From the human T2T-CHM13v2.0 reference genome, Homo sapiens: a stretch of 64,000 nucleotides of DNA. The notes below the pieces were generated by a model. It saw nothing but the letters and a program-made list of their open reading frames with translations, did no database searches and was not told the origin of the DNA. The position numbers were made by a program, and so were the translations under genes. The stretch is from the NCBI RefSeq assembly GCF_009914755.1, contig NC_060932.1; one strand, 5' to 3'. This document shows positions 13,951 to 27,900 of the stretch, piece by piece (within the stretch, counting starts at the first letter, position 1; the number at the start of each line of letters is the position of its first letter).

Positions 13951-14780
13951 ATATTTATTTCCTTCCTACTAAAATTTTCTTCCACATTCCCTCTCATCCA
14001 GTCCTCAATGAATCCTGAGGACAGCTATCAGTGGTCACTCTCTTGGGCTTGAAATGGAACAGATCTTCTTGTTCCATCTCTTTCTGATAGCGCCAGTTCC
14101 TGCTGAGGACAGAACATTGTCTTCTTTTCTCCCTGCCTCAGGCAGATGGCAGGGAGTGTTGTGTGTTCCCACAAAGGAGCGTGCTGTCCCCGCTCCCGAG
14201 TCTCTCAGCGAGCCCTGTCATGGAAGGCATCCAGGAGAATGTGGAACTCCGCACCCGCTTTCTCAGAACAGAGGAGCATCCATGACCCTCAGAATCACAG
14301 CATTGAGAGGTACCACAGGATGGGCCCCATGTTTGAATGGTCTGTGCACTAGGGACCGAGACCCTGAGGACAAGCCTGTGATTGGTGAGAAGTCCTGCAC
14401 ATTGCACACTGTGCTTCAGCTGATGGGGGCGGCAGGACTGATTGTCATTGTCCCTACTTTACAGACTAGAAAACTGAAGCTCAGACGGGCTTAGCAATTT
14501 TCCCCAAATTACACAGTAGTTAGGAGGTAGACAAAGTTTGCATGCCTGGTCATGGGAATCCAAGTTCAGTGTTCTTTCATTATGATGTTTTGCCTCTGCA
14601 TATTAAAAAACAAAAAACAAAAAACAAAAAAAAAAAACATGAATTTTCAACTGAATGTAGGTAAATAACCCAGGAACTTAATTATATTTTTTTCCTTCTG
14701 GTTCTGGCTTTGGCTTAGCTTCTACCTGAGAATCAACCTCTCCCTACAACAACTGTTTCTTCTTTTCTGACATTCTATAT

Positions 14781-14782
<2 letters not shown>

Positions 14783-14811
<29 letters not shown>

Positions 14812-15078
14812 GTGACTGGGTATCACCCTGTCACCCAGGCTGGAGTGCAATGGCTCACTGCAACCTCTGCCTCCTGGGCTCAAGTGATCCTCCCACCTCA
14901 GTCTCCCAAGTAGCTGGGACTACAGGCATGCACCACCATGTCTGTCTAATTTGTTTTTGGTAGAGATGGGGTTTCACTATGTTGCCCAGGCTGGTCTTAA
15001 ACTCCTGGGATGAAGCAATCCTCCTGCCTCAGCCTTCCAAAGTGCTGAGTTTATAGGCACAAGCCATCACACCTGGTC
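14783..15078 (-). mobile_element. AluJ element
   Basis: ctcctgggctcaagtgatcctcccacctcag and tatgttgcccaggctgg are J-type features. Degenerate TSD acattctaYat on both sides. Confidence 0.9.
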
Positions 15079-16925
15079 ACATTCTACATCTTTGTTGGGG
15101 GCTGCACTATGGACCCATTATTCACGCAAAACCTGGCAATCATCCTGAACTCTTACTACTCCTAACCCGTGCCCCACTCCCCGCCGGTCGCCAATGCTCT
15201 CCTTGCCATGTACAATCAATGCCAGGACCTGTACCTTTGACTTAACAAATACCTCTTGCATCTGCCCCTCCTCCCTGTACCAACTGTGCCCCCATTCACT
15301 GCTCTGCCCCAGGCTCTTCCTCACCCAGTAAAGTGCAATGACCTTGAACAGTTTGCCTTTTTAAAGGTGTTTTCTGTAAATCTATGCTCCATGCATTGGT
15401 GGGAAGATCTTTCAACACCACAATGGATACGTTCAGTGGCCACTCAGTTCCTCAAAGAAGCAACTGTTTATGAAAAAATGTGCCTGAGCCAGGCATGGTG
15501 CCACAGTCTTTGCAAGCAATAGCTCTAAATCACAAAGTAACTCTACAAAGGAAGCTTTGTTATCCCAGTTTCACAGCTGGAAAGTGGCAGAGCTAGACCT
15601 CCAACACAGATCTGTCTGACTGCACAACAGTGCTCTCTTCATACCCCACACAGCCTCCCAGATAAAATCTTGTCTCCTTAATATCAGTTGCAGCCCCCGT
15701 CTCCTGCCTCCAGACACCTCTCACGCCCTGCTTTCCAGACACATCCCCCTTCCTGAAGTTCACTCATCTCCTGACATGGTTTTGTGTTCCATGGCTCCAT
15801 TTGTGTTCTTCCCTCTGCCTAGGATGCCTTCCTCTGTCCAACTGTCCCCTCAAGCACCACTCAGCCGCAAGACTAAGGTTAGAATCCAGGATTATCTCAC
15901 TCCGATCTCTTCTCCTTCCCATTGCAGAGCCCTGTCTCCCACATGGACAATTTTCACTTCATTCTAGGTTACGATGCTGTAATTGGCATGGACCAGGATG
16001 GAGAAACGCCACCAGGGAATGCTTCAGTTGGTAGTTAATATAAAGGGATAGGTCTCTGTTGGCTCTTTGTGGAAAATTATTTCAAGAGTTGATTTTTAAA
16101 TGTAAGGGAAACAGGACTTTATTCCCTTGTCAGACTAATTACTGCACTCCTGAGTCATGCTGATGAGATGGCTTCAGAAAAACAACAGTTCTCCCACTGA
16201 GCCATAGGTCAAGGGGTTCTGGGTGTTTTCACAGAAGGTTATTGTTTTCAAGGGGGTTATTGATGGGCTGGAGTGTGAGGTTTCTTGAGGAATAAAACTA
16301 TCACAATTAATCTGTTTAGAACTTCTGTATGGGGAGAGGGTGTTATTCCTCAGCAGTGAATGACTCAATGAAAAACAGAATATTCGTGGTACATGTGCTC
16401 CATGCTGTCAGGCTTGTCAATACCAAGTTTGAAGACAAAAAATAAAATAAAATAAAATAAACAGAAAAAAAGAAGGCTTTTTTTTAAGTGATTAAGGATG
16501 AAAGTGCTGGCTGCTGACCTAGGCCTCTGTGAATTTAGAACCCAAGATGATCCCAGCTGTGTGATGGGGCAGGACCCTTAGTGTGGGAGCTGGGCTCTGT
16601 CCCTCACATGTGGGTAGATTGTGAGACCCATATAGAGTCAGGGGACCTGAAGCTGGGTAGGGTCTGCAGCTGAGCTACTGGGGACTTTCTGGTGTCTCTT
16701 AGCCTCCCTAGGACCCACATTCATTTTCTATAAATGAGATTTGAGCCAATTCACTGTCTTCCTAATAATCACTGTTTTCTTGTAATCACACACCACTGTT
16801 CTCTTAAAGCTTTTCTTTCCAGTTAATTTAAATCAACCCTGTTTTAAGACTTTGCCATTTATGAAAGAATAATATCCATAAAATCATGGCTTTGATTTGC
16901 TAATTACATGTTTTCTAATTAACAC

Positions 16926-17400
16926 TGTATCAGTCAGAGGGTCCTTGGTTGAAAGCAATTGAAAATCTTTCAGCCATCTTAAGCAGAGTGAGATCTTATT
17001 GGAGAGATTCTCGGGGCTCAGGTAACTTTAGGAGGCTAGAAGATCAGGCTTGAAGACAGTAGGGATTGAAGTTGTCCTGGTTGACTAGACAGCAGAACCA
17101 CTGCATGAAACTGGGATGACTGGTCTCTGCGAAGCACCACTGCCACACCACTGTCACCACAATGAATGTGGCTATCAGACACCCATGTCACCATATCATC
17201 TATCTGCTCAGAATTCAAAATCACAGGGACAGTGTCTGGTTGGCCAAGCTCAAGTCACACTTGCACTCTGCCTACCTTGGGACAGGTGTGAGGAGGATGA
17301 AAATCTGGTCCCTTTGACTTCCATAGGTGGCCAAGGTCCTCAGGAGTATACAAAATGGGAGATTCCCCAATAGGGAAAACAAGGTGCTAATGGAAGACAG
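16926..17400 (-). mobile_element. Old MaLR LTR (MLT1K/L-like), probably inserted in a hAT-Charlie-type relic
   Basis: Starts tgtatcagtcagagggtccttggttgaaagcaa. Internal tctggttggccaagctcaagtcac. Flanks are AT-rich and DNA-transposon-like. Confidence 0.4.
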
Positions 17401-18697
17401 ATTGAATAGTGGGTAGTAAAAACTTGAAAATAAAGAAAAAAACTCCCCAAAACAAAAAATAGGTATTTATTGCACTCATTAAAATAAATACATAATTATT
17501 TTTTGTATTTGAACTAGAATACATAAATACGAAAATAAAAAGTTTATTCGTGTACCATAACATCATAAACTCATGTATCAACCCCATGTACCACTCTGTA
17601 GGAAGCACTGGCCTCTCTAAGGATCTCTAAGGATGCTGCAGCTTTGGCCTTTATTGTACACTAGTGAATACTTCCGTTTTGGAAAGTATAGACTCATTTG
17701 TCTCTTTCTGTAAAACACTAACCTTGGCTTTTTTTGTTTGATTTGCATGGTAGCTATTCTTTACTTGATGCTTCAGAACCTGTATAGAGCCATTTTTTTA
17801 CTGTTTTAGGTTGACTGTCCACTTCCACTTTATTTTTGATGTGTTCAGAATATCATGCACCCACACATCTTTGCATTTTACTAGGATAAGTAGCAAGCAG
17901 TTCAAAAAAAGAAGAACCTGAACCTTTCAAATGACCTTGATATCCTGCTATCTTTTGATCACAGTGTAGCTTTCTGGAATTCTCCAGGCCACGTGAGGGA
18001 GTGTATGTTCCCAATGTTCAAGATATAATTTTACACAAGAATTCTAGAGACAACATGTTCTGCATAGGGCATCAGAAACATCCAAATAAGTCAGAGTTCA
18101 TTCCACTCTTCCTAAACATGTATTTGGCACTTCCTATTAAACTACCCTAAACCTCATCAAATAAATGTCAGTTTTAGAAGAAATCTTAGCAATAATCTTG
18201 TTCATTTGTATTGAGAATGCAAGTGAGACTTCCAAGATAAGGGTAGACTGGGCCTAGAATATTTTGGAATTTCTTCTGAAACCCATCATGGAACTTCTAG
18301 TTCAAATAGCAAGTTACCTTTTTACTCTCTAACAGATCCCATTTCTCCTGTCAGGGAAGACCACTCCACAGTTACCTGATACTTTATGCAGAAATCAGAT
18401 TACTTTATGAAATAAGATTCTTTCTAGCGATGGAATTCTGGCTCCACAGAAATTAAATACATCTAAATGCACAGTTCCTTATCCATAAATGATAAGTAAT
18501 CCCCATTTTTGTGTATAAGCATAGCATGCACACATACACATGGTGAAGGGAGAAAATAAATGGCTCCAAATATTTGGATGCTTTTTTACAGAAGTTAATA
18601 TTAAAGGTGAAAATCCAAAGTATGGTTGGGAAGAAAAAGATTAGCAGCTGATCTGTTAACTATCCTTTTTAAGCTGGATAATTTCAAGGAGAGATTA

Positions 18698-18923
18698 TGA
18701 AGAAGAATGAGAAGGAGAGTAGGAAGCAGGAGGAGGAGGAAGAAGAAGAGAAGAGGAAAGAGAAAGAGAGAAAGAAAGAAGAAAGAGAGAAAGAAGAAAG
18801 AGAAAGAGAAAAAAGAGAGAAAGGAAGAAAAGAAAGAAAAAGGAAGCAAAGGAGGAGGAGGAGGAATAAGAGAAAGAAGAGGAGGAGGAAGAAGAGGAGA
18901 AGGAGAAATAAGGGGAAAAAGGA
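18698..18923. repeat. GA-rich polypurine low-complexity tract (~225 bp)
   Basis: Nearly pure A/G made of gaa, gga and aaag units. Source of spurious E/K/R-rich ORFs. Confidence 0.95.
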
Positions 18924-19405
18924 GTTATCCTGGTCAAATGTGGAAAGATTCTATTCAAATTTCTGATGGTTTTTAGTGATTGAATGATAATAAGAGAGTC
19001 CTTATCAATAGAATTCTTTCAGCAGGATATACTTGATCAATTGGTGTGGTAAACAAACCTGAAAAGTATAGATTTCTGGGGCATGGCCTGCTAGAAAGTG
19101 TCAGTTTTGGGTATTTAATTATCAGAGTATAAAATGGATTTATTTCATGCTTAAAAGTTCCCTTTGGGTCAGTGATGAACGGTATGCATCACTTAGAAGC
19201 CCCACGTGTTATACATCAGGGCACATTCTGCTGTGATGCAAAAGGGCCCAAGATGCAACATTGGTGGTCTCAGACTTCTCATGCTTCATCTGCATATTGC
19301 ATAAAAGCAGAATAGCTTTTTTGTATTATTAGTAAAGTTTGATACTGAATAAGATCTCTAATTCTTATGAGTCTGATTTGATAATTCAACCCTTTGTGCA
19401 ATCTT

Positions 19406-19705
<300 letters not shown>

Positions 19706-19729
19706 TCTTTGTGCAATCTTAATAGCAAA

Positions 19730-20712
19730 TGTGGTAGAAGGCAAAGATGGTCACAAACTCTTGCCCTTCCTTGATTTCTTTGTCCCTTTTCCCCCACCAT
19801 ATCTCCTCTTCTACCTCTGGGCTCAGCCATGTGACTTGCCTGGGATGTTAGCCATTGTGACACAAGAGAGAACTGAAAAGCACTGGGCAATAGTGATTAT
19901 TTTCTCTTGCTGCTGTTGGAACCCTGTGACATGTTAATGAAGCTGGACTAGCTGGTTGGAGGATGACAGTCCATATGGACAAGAGACAAGTACCTTAACT
20001 GAGGCCCCTCTAGACCACCAGCCCTGACAGCTGGTGGAGTCCCAAGGAAAAGGGGCTGACTGGTCAATGTGCTAGAAGCCAATACTATGACACCAGATTC
20101 TGAGAAAAGAAAAGCTTTTTATTGCAAGTTGACTAACAAGGAGATAGGAATCCAGCTCAAATCTGTCTTCTTGTGCTGGCTTGAAGTCTGTAATTTGACT
20201 AGAAAAGGTTTAGGGGGTGGATTCTGAGATTAGCAGGTGATTGGTGGAAGGAAAGAGGAGGCATGGAAAGTCCTTGGGTATGAGCAGTTATCTCTTCACG
20301 CTATCTCATGGGTTATGTGCAGATTCAGGGGGAGTTAGTATGAAACGTGGTGGAATTTCAGGCTGGGATGTCAGCAAGCTTGTTCTGCGCAGACTTCAGG
20401 GGGCTACATTGGTTCTAACTGATTTCAGCTAATTTTGTTCTCTTACAAGAGGAGGGAGTTTCAGCATTTCAGCAAGTTGTTTCTTTCTTTTTTTTTTTTT
20501 TTTTTTATCTTCCATCCTGTAAACTCAAGAATTTTTGTTAGTTACTGGTTTCTTTAACTCTTTGGGGCATGGTTTAAGTGGGACATGACAGATGTATGAG
20601 TGAGTCAGCCCAGCCCAACTGCTGCCCTACAGAAATCATGAGCTAAATAAATGGTTGCTTTAAGCTATTACATTTTGGGAGTGTTTTGTTACAAAGAAAA
20701 AGCCAACTGACA
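19730..20712 (+). mobile_element. MLT1 (F/G-like) LTR split by an ERV1-class LTR
   Basis: 5' part ~19730-20030. 3' part ~20583-20712 ends aataaatggttgctttaagcta...ttgttacaaagaaaaagccaactgaca. Confidence 0.6.
20040..20578 (-). mobile_element. ERV1-class (MER4-group-like) solo LTR, subfamily undetermined
   Basis: gctagaagccaatactatgacacc...gaaaagctttttattgcaag (antisense AATAAA)...agctcaaatctgtc...ggggcatggtttaa. Interrupts the MLT1. Confidence 0.6.
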
Positions 20713-21969
20713 TAGTATATTTAAAATCCACTGCGGCCAGATTCTAGCCTTCTTTTCACAACCCTCCCACTCCTCCTGCTTGTTCCTTCTCCTTCTATTT
20801 GGGATCAGGGCTCACAAACTGGTGGCCAAGGGTTGGCCAATGTGTCCCATGAAGAAATAATGTTCAGCCAAGATTCACTGCAAAGACCATACTTGTTGAT
20901 TATGCTCAGTGTACGTCTGATTTTTTCAGGGCTCCTGCTATACTAACTGCTAAATATTTTCAGTATCAGCCCTGGTCCTGTGAACAAGTTTTGTTCTATT
21001 CACAAAGTATACATCAGAAGATTTTCCATGGAAATCTGGATTTATGGCTTGCCTAAAAAAGGGGATAGGGAAAGTCTGGGAATGTTGGACTAGGATTGGG
21101 CAGGAATGACCTGGAGCTGAGAATTGACTGCTCGTTGTCCAGACAGGGCTCGTGCTGCCAGTTCATCACTGTCCCATCATTCCTAGGTGTAGCATGCTTG
21201 TCTTGTTTCACCTATGCATGTTACCTGCCGGACCTTAGAGGAAGTTGGTTGTATGCATGACACATTGGCTAGCATTGGTTTGAGGGTGTAACCATGTACT
21301 GTCATGTTTTTACACATTTTGATCTCATTGCCTGGAATGTGCATCTACTTCTTGGACACTTTACTGAACCTCTGCAAATTCTTCAAAATTTAACTTAAAT
21401 GCTTCCTGTTCTATGACATATTTCTCTCAATAAGGCTGGTTCACCTTGCTCTGTGTTCCATATGACTTTGCACATAATCTCTACTACAGCCTTAACATTT
21501 TATCCATCAGCATTGTTTAAAAACTGCCTACAACTATCATGTGACCTCCTTGAACACAGGACTACCCTCTTCCCCTACTTACCCCTTGAGTAGGGCATAT
21601 GGCAGGGCCCTTAATACCTGTGATGGATTAAGGAATCAACTAACTAGACATTCTGGCTGAACGTCAGAGGATGATTTAATGCAATTTGCATTTTGTGTAA
21701 AACCAAACTTATGATTCTCTATGACACATCCTCTGAAGATTTCTTTATAATCAACAATGTTCTGCTTTGATTTTAAAGAGCTTCTTTTGGCTTCAGGACA
21801 AGCAGCGTATAAAGGAAATAAAAATTATTTAAAGTATAAGAAAATCTGAGTCAAGTATCTTTGAAGAAGTATGTTTAAAGGAACCAAGAGGCTGTTGGCA
21901 CCAGAATGATCCTTAAAGCTCCCCCACATTCCTAATAAAAGAGAATCTGCATTGACCAATGGAATTAAC

Positions 21970-22360
21970 TAGTTTTGTCAGGACAGGCTAGACTACACTT
22001 TGATAGCAATCCCCAGATCCAAGTGGCTTGACAGCAAACACACTGCTTTGCTACATGAACATCATAGTGGGCAGAGTGATCTATTCATCTTGGTCAGTCA
22101 GGGAACTGTGCCAATGGAGCCTCAATCTCAACTCATGCTTCCATGATCACTTGGGCAGAGCAAAGAGAACCTGTGGCCCATACACTGGCTTTTAAAAGTG
22201 TCACCTGGAAGGGACACATACCATTTTTGCTCCTATCTAGTTGGTAAAAGCAGAGCATATTGCCAGGCCTAACTTCAACAGGGCAAGGAACAGCAATTCT
22301 TCCACATGCCAGGAAAGAGACAAGTTGGAATATTTCTGAGCAAACAAGTACTTACCGAAA
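21970..22360 (-). mobile_element. Old MaLR LTR (MLT1K/L-like)
   Basis: gtcaggacaggctagactac...cctggaagggacacataccattt...ggcctaacttcaacagggcaaggaa. Confidence 0.5.
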
Positions 22361-22989
22361 TTTGTGATTTTACAAAGGACCTTCACTTTTCAAAATGTAT
22401 CATCATCATCTACCTGCCAATGACCCCCCCCCAAGGTGGATTTAAAGTAGAATTTGACCTCCATCAGCTGGGTTCGGGTGCTTCTCTACAGTTGTTTCAG
22501 AATGCAAGACTCCTTTGTTTCAAACTGCCACAAGTAAACAGAAAATGAGAAGAAGAGACCAGACCCCCCCTCCAGATTATACCCACTCTCACAGACACAG
22601 AAGCAGTCCATGGCAGTATAGGGTGGAAAAGGTGGTGTTTGGGGGGATGTTGGGTGCTGTGGAGGCACAGAAGAGGGACACAAAACTGGACTTGGGGCAG
22701 ATGTGCTGCATGAGTGGAATCAAGGAAGAGGTAGGGCTTGGGCAAGACCTTGAAGGGTTCATTGCAGTTTGCCCATTGGACAGGGGTAGAGAAGATACGA
22801 GGTCCCAGAGGAGAGGGATATGGATGAGGTCCTTAGGGTCATGACTCTGGTCAAGACACGATACCTGCCCTAGAAGGAAATTATTTACACACATGACCTT
22901 GAGCAAGCGCCTTCCTCTTTCTGATCTGTCTCCTGCTCTACAAAACAGAGGTTATAATCAAAATCCCATTTTTAAAAATAGAGCTCAAC

Positions 22990-24912
22990 AATCTGATTCT
23001 TAATTTGCCAAGAGTATAAATTAGTAGAAATAGCTAAGAGTATTTCAAATAAGAAATACAATAAGATCAACTTGTCTTATCACAAGTAAAATCATCATAT
23101 TCTAGAGATATAGGAATTAATTTTGCTCAAAACCTGGCATTATCCAAAGACTGGCCAAATCAATTAAAAGAACAAAAAAGAGAGTCCAGAATTCAATCTG
23201 TGGTATTTGAGAATTTGTGATGAGTTTCACTTCAAATCAATTAGAAAAGAAGTAAGAGTTTAAGAAATAGTTTTGACAATTTAATAACCATTGAAAAAGT
23301 TATCTTTTAAATTCACATTATATATAAGAATAATACACGGATTTATTAAACGTTTTAAAAACAAAATTTAGAAAGCATTATAATAAATATAGAAAAATAG
23401 TTTTCTTACCTTAAGTTGGAAACATTGTCCTACAGAAGGTTTAAAATTCTTGACACCATAAACAAAAGACTTGCATATTTGATTATAAAATTTTTAATAT
23501 CTTTTTTGTGGGAGAAAACATAACAAATTCAAAGAAAAGTGACAGAGTAAGAAAAATATAGCAATAGATATATAATAAATGCTCAACAATCAGAATATAC
23601 AAGAACTACTTGTGATCAATTATTAAAAATATTCATGAAAAAATAGGCATAGAATATAAGAGGACAATTAATCTGAGTTATGTAAAGGGCTAATAAATAT
23701 GAAAAAATTCTCAATCCCACAAGATATCAAGGGCACATACATGGAAATCAAAAGATACAATTTTTATTAAGGTAAAAAATAAATAAAATTCTAGCTGTTT
23801 AAATCCATTGGTGCCTACATTGCTTAAAAATGGATATTCTCGTTAAGTGACAAGAAATTCAAACTGGTAGAAACATGGGCTATGAAGTCACACCACCTGG
23901 GATTGCATCCTGCCCTGTGTGACTTTAGGCAAGTTACTGAATCTCTCTGCTCTATTTTTCTCATCAATAACAGTGCCTATATTACAGAGTTATTTTGAAA
24001 TTAAATATGGTAATCCATGGAAAATGCTGAGAATAGCACCTGGCCCATCGTGAGTGCTCAGTGATAATTAGCTTTTATTTTTCCACTGTCAGTGAGAGTA
24101 TCAAAATTAGAAATGCATATGCAACTTTATTTATAGGAATCTGTCCTACAGAAATAACCACCCATGAGCATAAATTTAGATCTTCAGTAATAACCATTTC
24201 AATATTTGTAATGGTAAAATGTTGAAAACAACATAGATATTAATTAAAAGGAGAGGAGTCACATAAATTTTGCCTACCTCCTTTTTATAGTAAGTTGCAT
24301 TTATTTTATGTAACAGTTTACAAAGAATGAGACAGACTCCTATTTATTAAGATAGAATAACCACTAAATATATATTATTATATAAAAAACAAAATAGACC
24401 GGGCATGGTGGCCCATGCTTATAATTACGGCACTTTGGGAGGCCGAGGTCTGAGGATTGCTCAAGTCCAAGAGTTCAAGACCTACCTGGGCAACATAGTG
24501 AGACTCTAGATCTCTGTACAAAAGTAAATAAATACGTAAAGAATTAGTTGGGAATGGTAGCAAATGCCTGTTGTCCCACCTACTTGGGAGGCTGAGATAA
24601 GAGGATCATTTGATTCCAGGAGGATGAGGCTGCAGTGAGCCCTGATTGAATCACTGCACTACAGCCTGGGCAACAGAGCAAGACCCTGCCTCAAACAGTA
24701 AAATAAAATAAATTAAAATAAATAAATTAATAAATCAGAGATAAATTTGAATAATACAATCTTTGGAAATCATTTCAAACATAATATTTGTAAATACATT
24801 GAATTTTTTAAAGAAAGAGTCACATCAGACTGTTAACAGTAGCTACTTTGGGGGAAGAGGATGTATTGGATGATGATGAAGGCAGATTTAAATTTTACCT
24901 TCACTAGTATTT
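22990..24912 (+). mobile_element. Ancient L1ME-like ORF2 3' part and 3'UTR, interrupted by MIR (~23880-24070), AluJ and L1PB
   Basis: A-rich degenerate ORF2 (gaacaaaaaagagagtccagaa). 3'UTR motif actgttaacagtagctactttggggg. Sequence resumes after 31723. Confidence 0.55.
24397..24734 (+). mobile_element. AluJ element
   Basis: gaggattgctcaagtccaagagttc, cctgggcaacatagtgagac, (taaaa)n tail. Confidence 0.9.
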
Positions 24913-27900
24913 GTTTTTAAAAAAAATTTTTTTATTTCAATAGGTTTTGGGGAACAGGTGGTGTTTGGTTACATGAATAAGTTCTTTAGTGGTGATTTCT
25001 GAGATTTTGGTGCACCCATCACCTGAGCAATGTACATTGTACCCAATATGTAGTCTTTTATCCTTCGCCACTCCCCACCCTTTCCCCTGAATCCCCGAAG
25101 TCCAATGTATCATTCTTATGCCTTGGTGTCTCATAGCTTAACTCCCACATATAAGTGAGAACATTTGATGTTTGATTTTCCATTCCTGACTTACTTCACT
25201 TAGAATAATAATCTCCAATTCCATCCAGGTTGCTGTGAATGCCATTGTTTTGTTCCTTTTTATGGCTGAGTAGAATTTCATGGTAGATATATATATCAGC
25301 TGGGTTCAGGTGCTTCTCCACAGTTGTTATATATATATCACATTTTTTTTATCCACTCATTGATTAATGGGCATTTAGGCTGGTTCCATATTTTTGCAAT
25401 TGCAAACTGTGCTGTTATAAACGTGTGTGTGCCAGTATCTTTTTTGTATAATGACTTCTTTTCCTTTGGGTAGATACCTAGTAGTGGTATTGCTGGATCA
25501 AATGGTAGATCTACTTTCAGTTCTTTAAGGAATCTCCACATTGTTTTCCTTAGTGGTTGTATTAGTTTACATTCCCATCGGCAGTGTAAACGTGTTCTCT
25601 TTTCACTGCATCCATACTAACATCTATTATTTTTTGATTTTTTTGATGATGGCCATTCTTGCGGGAGTGAGGTGGTATTGCATTGTCGATTTGATTTCCA
25701 TTTCCCTGATAATTAGTTGGTCATTTGTTTATCTTCTTTTGAGAATTGTCTATTGATGTTCTTAGTCACTTTTTGATTTTTTTTCCTTGATGATTTGTTT
25801 GAGTTCTTTATAGATTCTGGATATTAGTCCTTTGTTGGATGTATAGATTGTGAAGATTTTCTCCCACTCTGTGGATTGTCTGTTAACTCTGCTGATTATT
25901 TCTTTTACTGTGCAGAAGCTTTTTAGTTTAATTAAACTATTTACATTTGTTTTTGTTGCATTTTCTTTTGGGTTCTTGGTCATGAAGTCTTTGCCTAAGC
26001 CAGAGTCTAGAAGAGTTTTTCAGATGTTATCTTCTATAATCTTTATGTCTTCAGGTCTTAGATCTAAGTCTCTCATCCATCTTGAGTTGACTTTTGTACA
26101 AGGTGAGAGATGAGGATTCAATTTCATTCTTCTACATGTGGTTTGCCAATTATCCCAGCACCATTTGTTAAACAGGGTGTCCTTTCCCCACTTTATGCTT
26201 TTGTTTGCTTTGTTGAAAATCAGTTGGCTGTAAGTATTTGGCTTTATTTCTTGGTTCTCTGTTCTGTTCCATTGGTCTATGTACCTATTTTTATACTAGT
26301 ACCATGCATTTCAGTGACTATGGCCTTAGAGTGTGGTTTGAAATCAGGTAATGTGACGCCTCCAGATTTCTTCTTTTTGCTTAGTCTTGCTTTGGCTATG
26401 CAGGATCTTTTTTCATTCTCTATGAATTTTAGGATTGTTTTTTCTAGTTCTGTGAAGAATGATGGTGGTATTTTGATGGGAATTGCACTGAATATGTAGA
26501 TTGCTTTTGGCAGTATGGTCATTTTCACAATATTGATTCTACCTATCCACAAGCTTGGGATGTGTTTCCATTTCTTTTGTCATCTATGATTTCTTTCAGC
26601 AGTGTTTTGCAGTTTTCCTTATAGAGGTCTATTAGGTTAGGTTTGGTTAGGTTTATTCCCAAGTATTTTCTTTCTTTCTTTCTTTCTTTTTTTTTTTTTT
26701 GAAGCTATTGTGAAAGAGGTTGAGTTCTTGATTTGATTCTCAGCTTGGTTGCTGCTGGTGTATAGCAGAACTACTGATTTGTGTATATTAATTTTGTATC
26801 CTGAAACTGCTGAATTCGTTTACCAGTTCTAGGAGCCTTTTGGATGAGACTTTAGGGGTTTCTAGGTATATCATCCGCAAACAGTGACAGTTTGACTTCC
26901 TCTTTACTGATTTGGATGCCCTTTCTTTCTTTTGTCTGATTGCTTTGACTAAGGCTTCCCATACTTTGTTGAACAGAAGTGTTGAAAGTGGGTATCCTTG
27001 TTTTGTTCCAGTTTTCATGGGGAATGCTTTCAACTTTTCCCCATTCAGTATACTGTTGGCTGTGTGTTTGTCATAGATGGCTTTCATTACCTTAAGGTAT
27101 GTCCCTTCAATGCTGATTTTGCTGAGAGTTTTAATCATAAAGGGATGCTGGATTTTGTCAAACACTTTTTCATCATCTGTTGAGATGGTCATGTGATTTC
27201 TGTTTTTAATTCTGTTTATGTGGTTTATCACATTTATTGACTTATGTATGTTAAACTATCCCTTCATTCCTTGTATGAAACCCACTTGATCATGGTGGAT
27301 TCTCTTTTCGATATGCTGTTGGATTCAGTTCACTAGTATTTTTGTCTCTGTGTTCATCAGGGCTATTGGTCTATAGTTTTCTATTTTTGTTGTGTCCTTC
27401 CCTGGTTTTGGTATTAAGGTGATACTGGCTTCATAGAGTGATTTAGGGAGGATTCCCTCTTTCTCTATCTTTTGGAATTGTGTCAATAGGGTTGGTACCA
27501 ATTCTTCTTTCAATGTCTGATAGAATTCAGCTGTGAATCCATCTGGTCCTGGACTTTTTTTGTTGGCAATTTTTAAATGCTGTTTCTGTCCTGCTGCTTG
27601 TTATTGGTCTGTTCAGAGATTCTATATCCTCCTGGTTTAATCTAGGAAGGTTGTATATTTCCAGGAATTTATCCATCTTTCCTAGGTTTTCTAGTTTATG
27701 CATGCAAAGGTGTTCATAGTAGCCTTGAATAATCTTTTGTATTTCTGTGGTATCCGTTGTCATATCTCCCTTTTCATTTCTAATTGAGCTTATTTGGATC
27801 TCCTCTCTTCTTTTCTTGGTTAATCTTACTAATGGTCTATCAATTTTATTTCTTTTCAAAGAACCATTTTTTATCTTTTGTATTATTGTTATTGTTTCAA

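Noticed and set aside
14054-14494. 146-aa ATG ORF
   Set aside because: No recognisable domain. The C-terminus (PTLQTRKLKLRRA) is translated MIR sequence. Consistent with a chance ORF.
18601-18976. E/K/R-rich and F/S/L-rich ORFs on both strands
   Set aside because: Artefacts of the stop-free GA polypurine tract.
26631-26653. ttaggttaggtttggttagg resembling a telomeric insertion
   Set aside because: Units are TTAGG, not TTAGGG, and can be explained as local copies of the adjacent L1 ggttaggt sequence.
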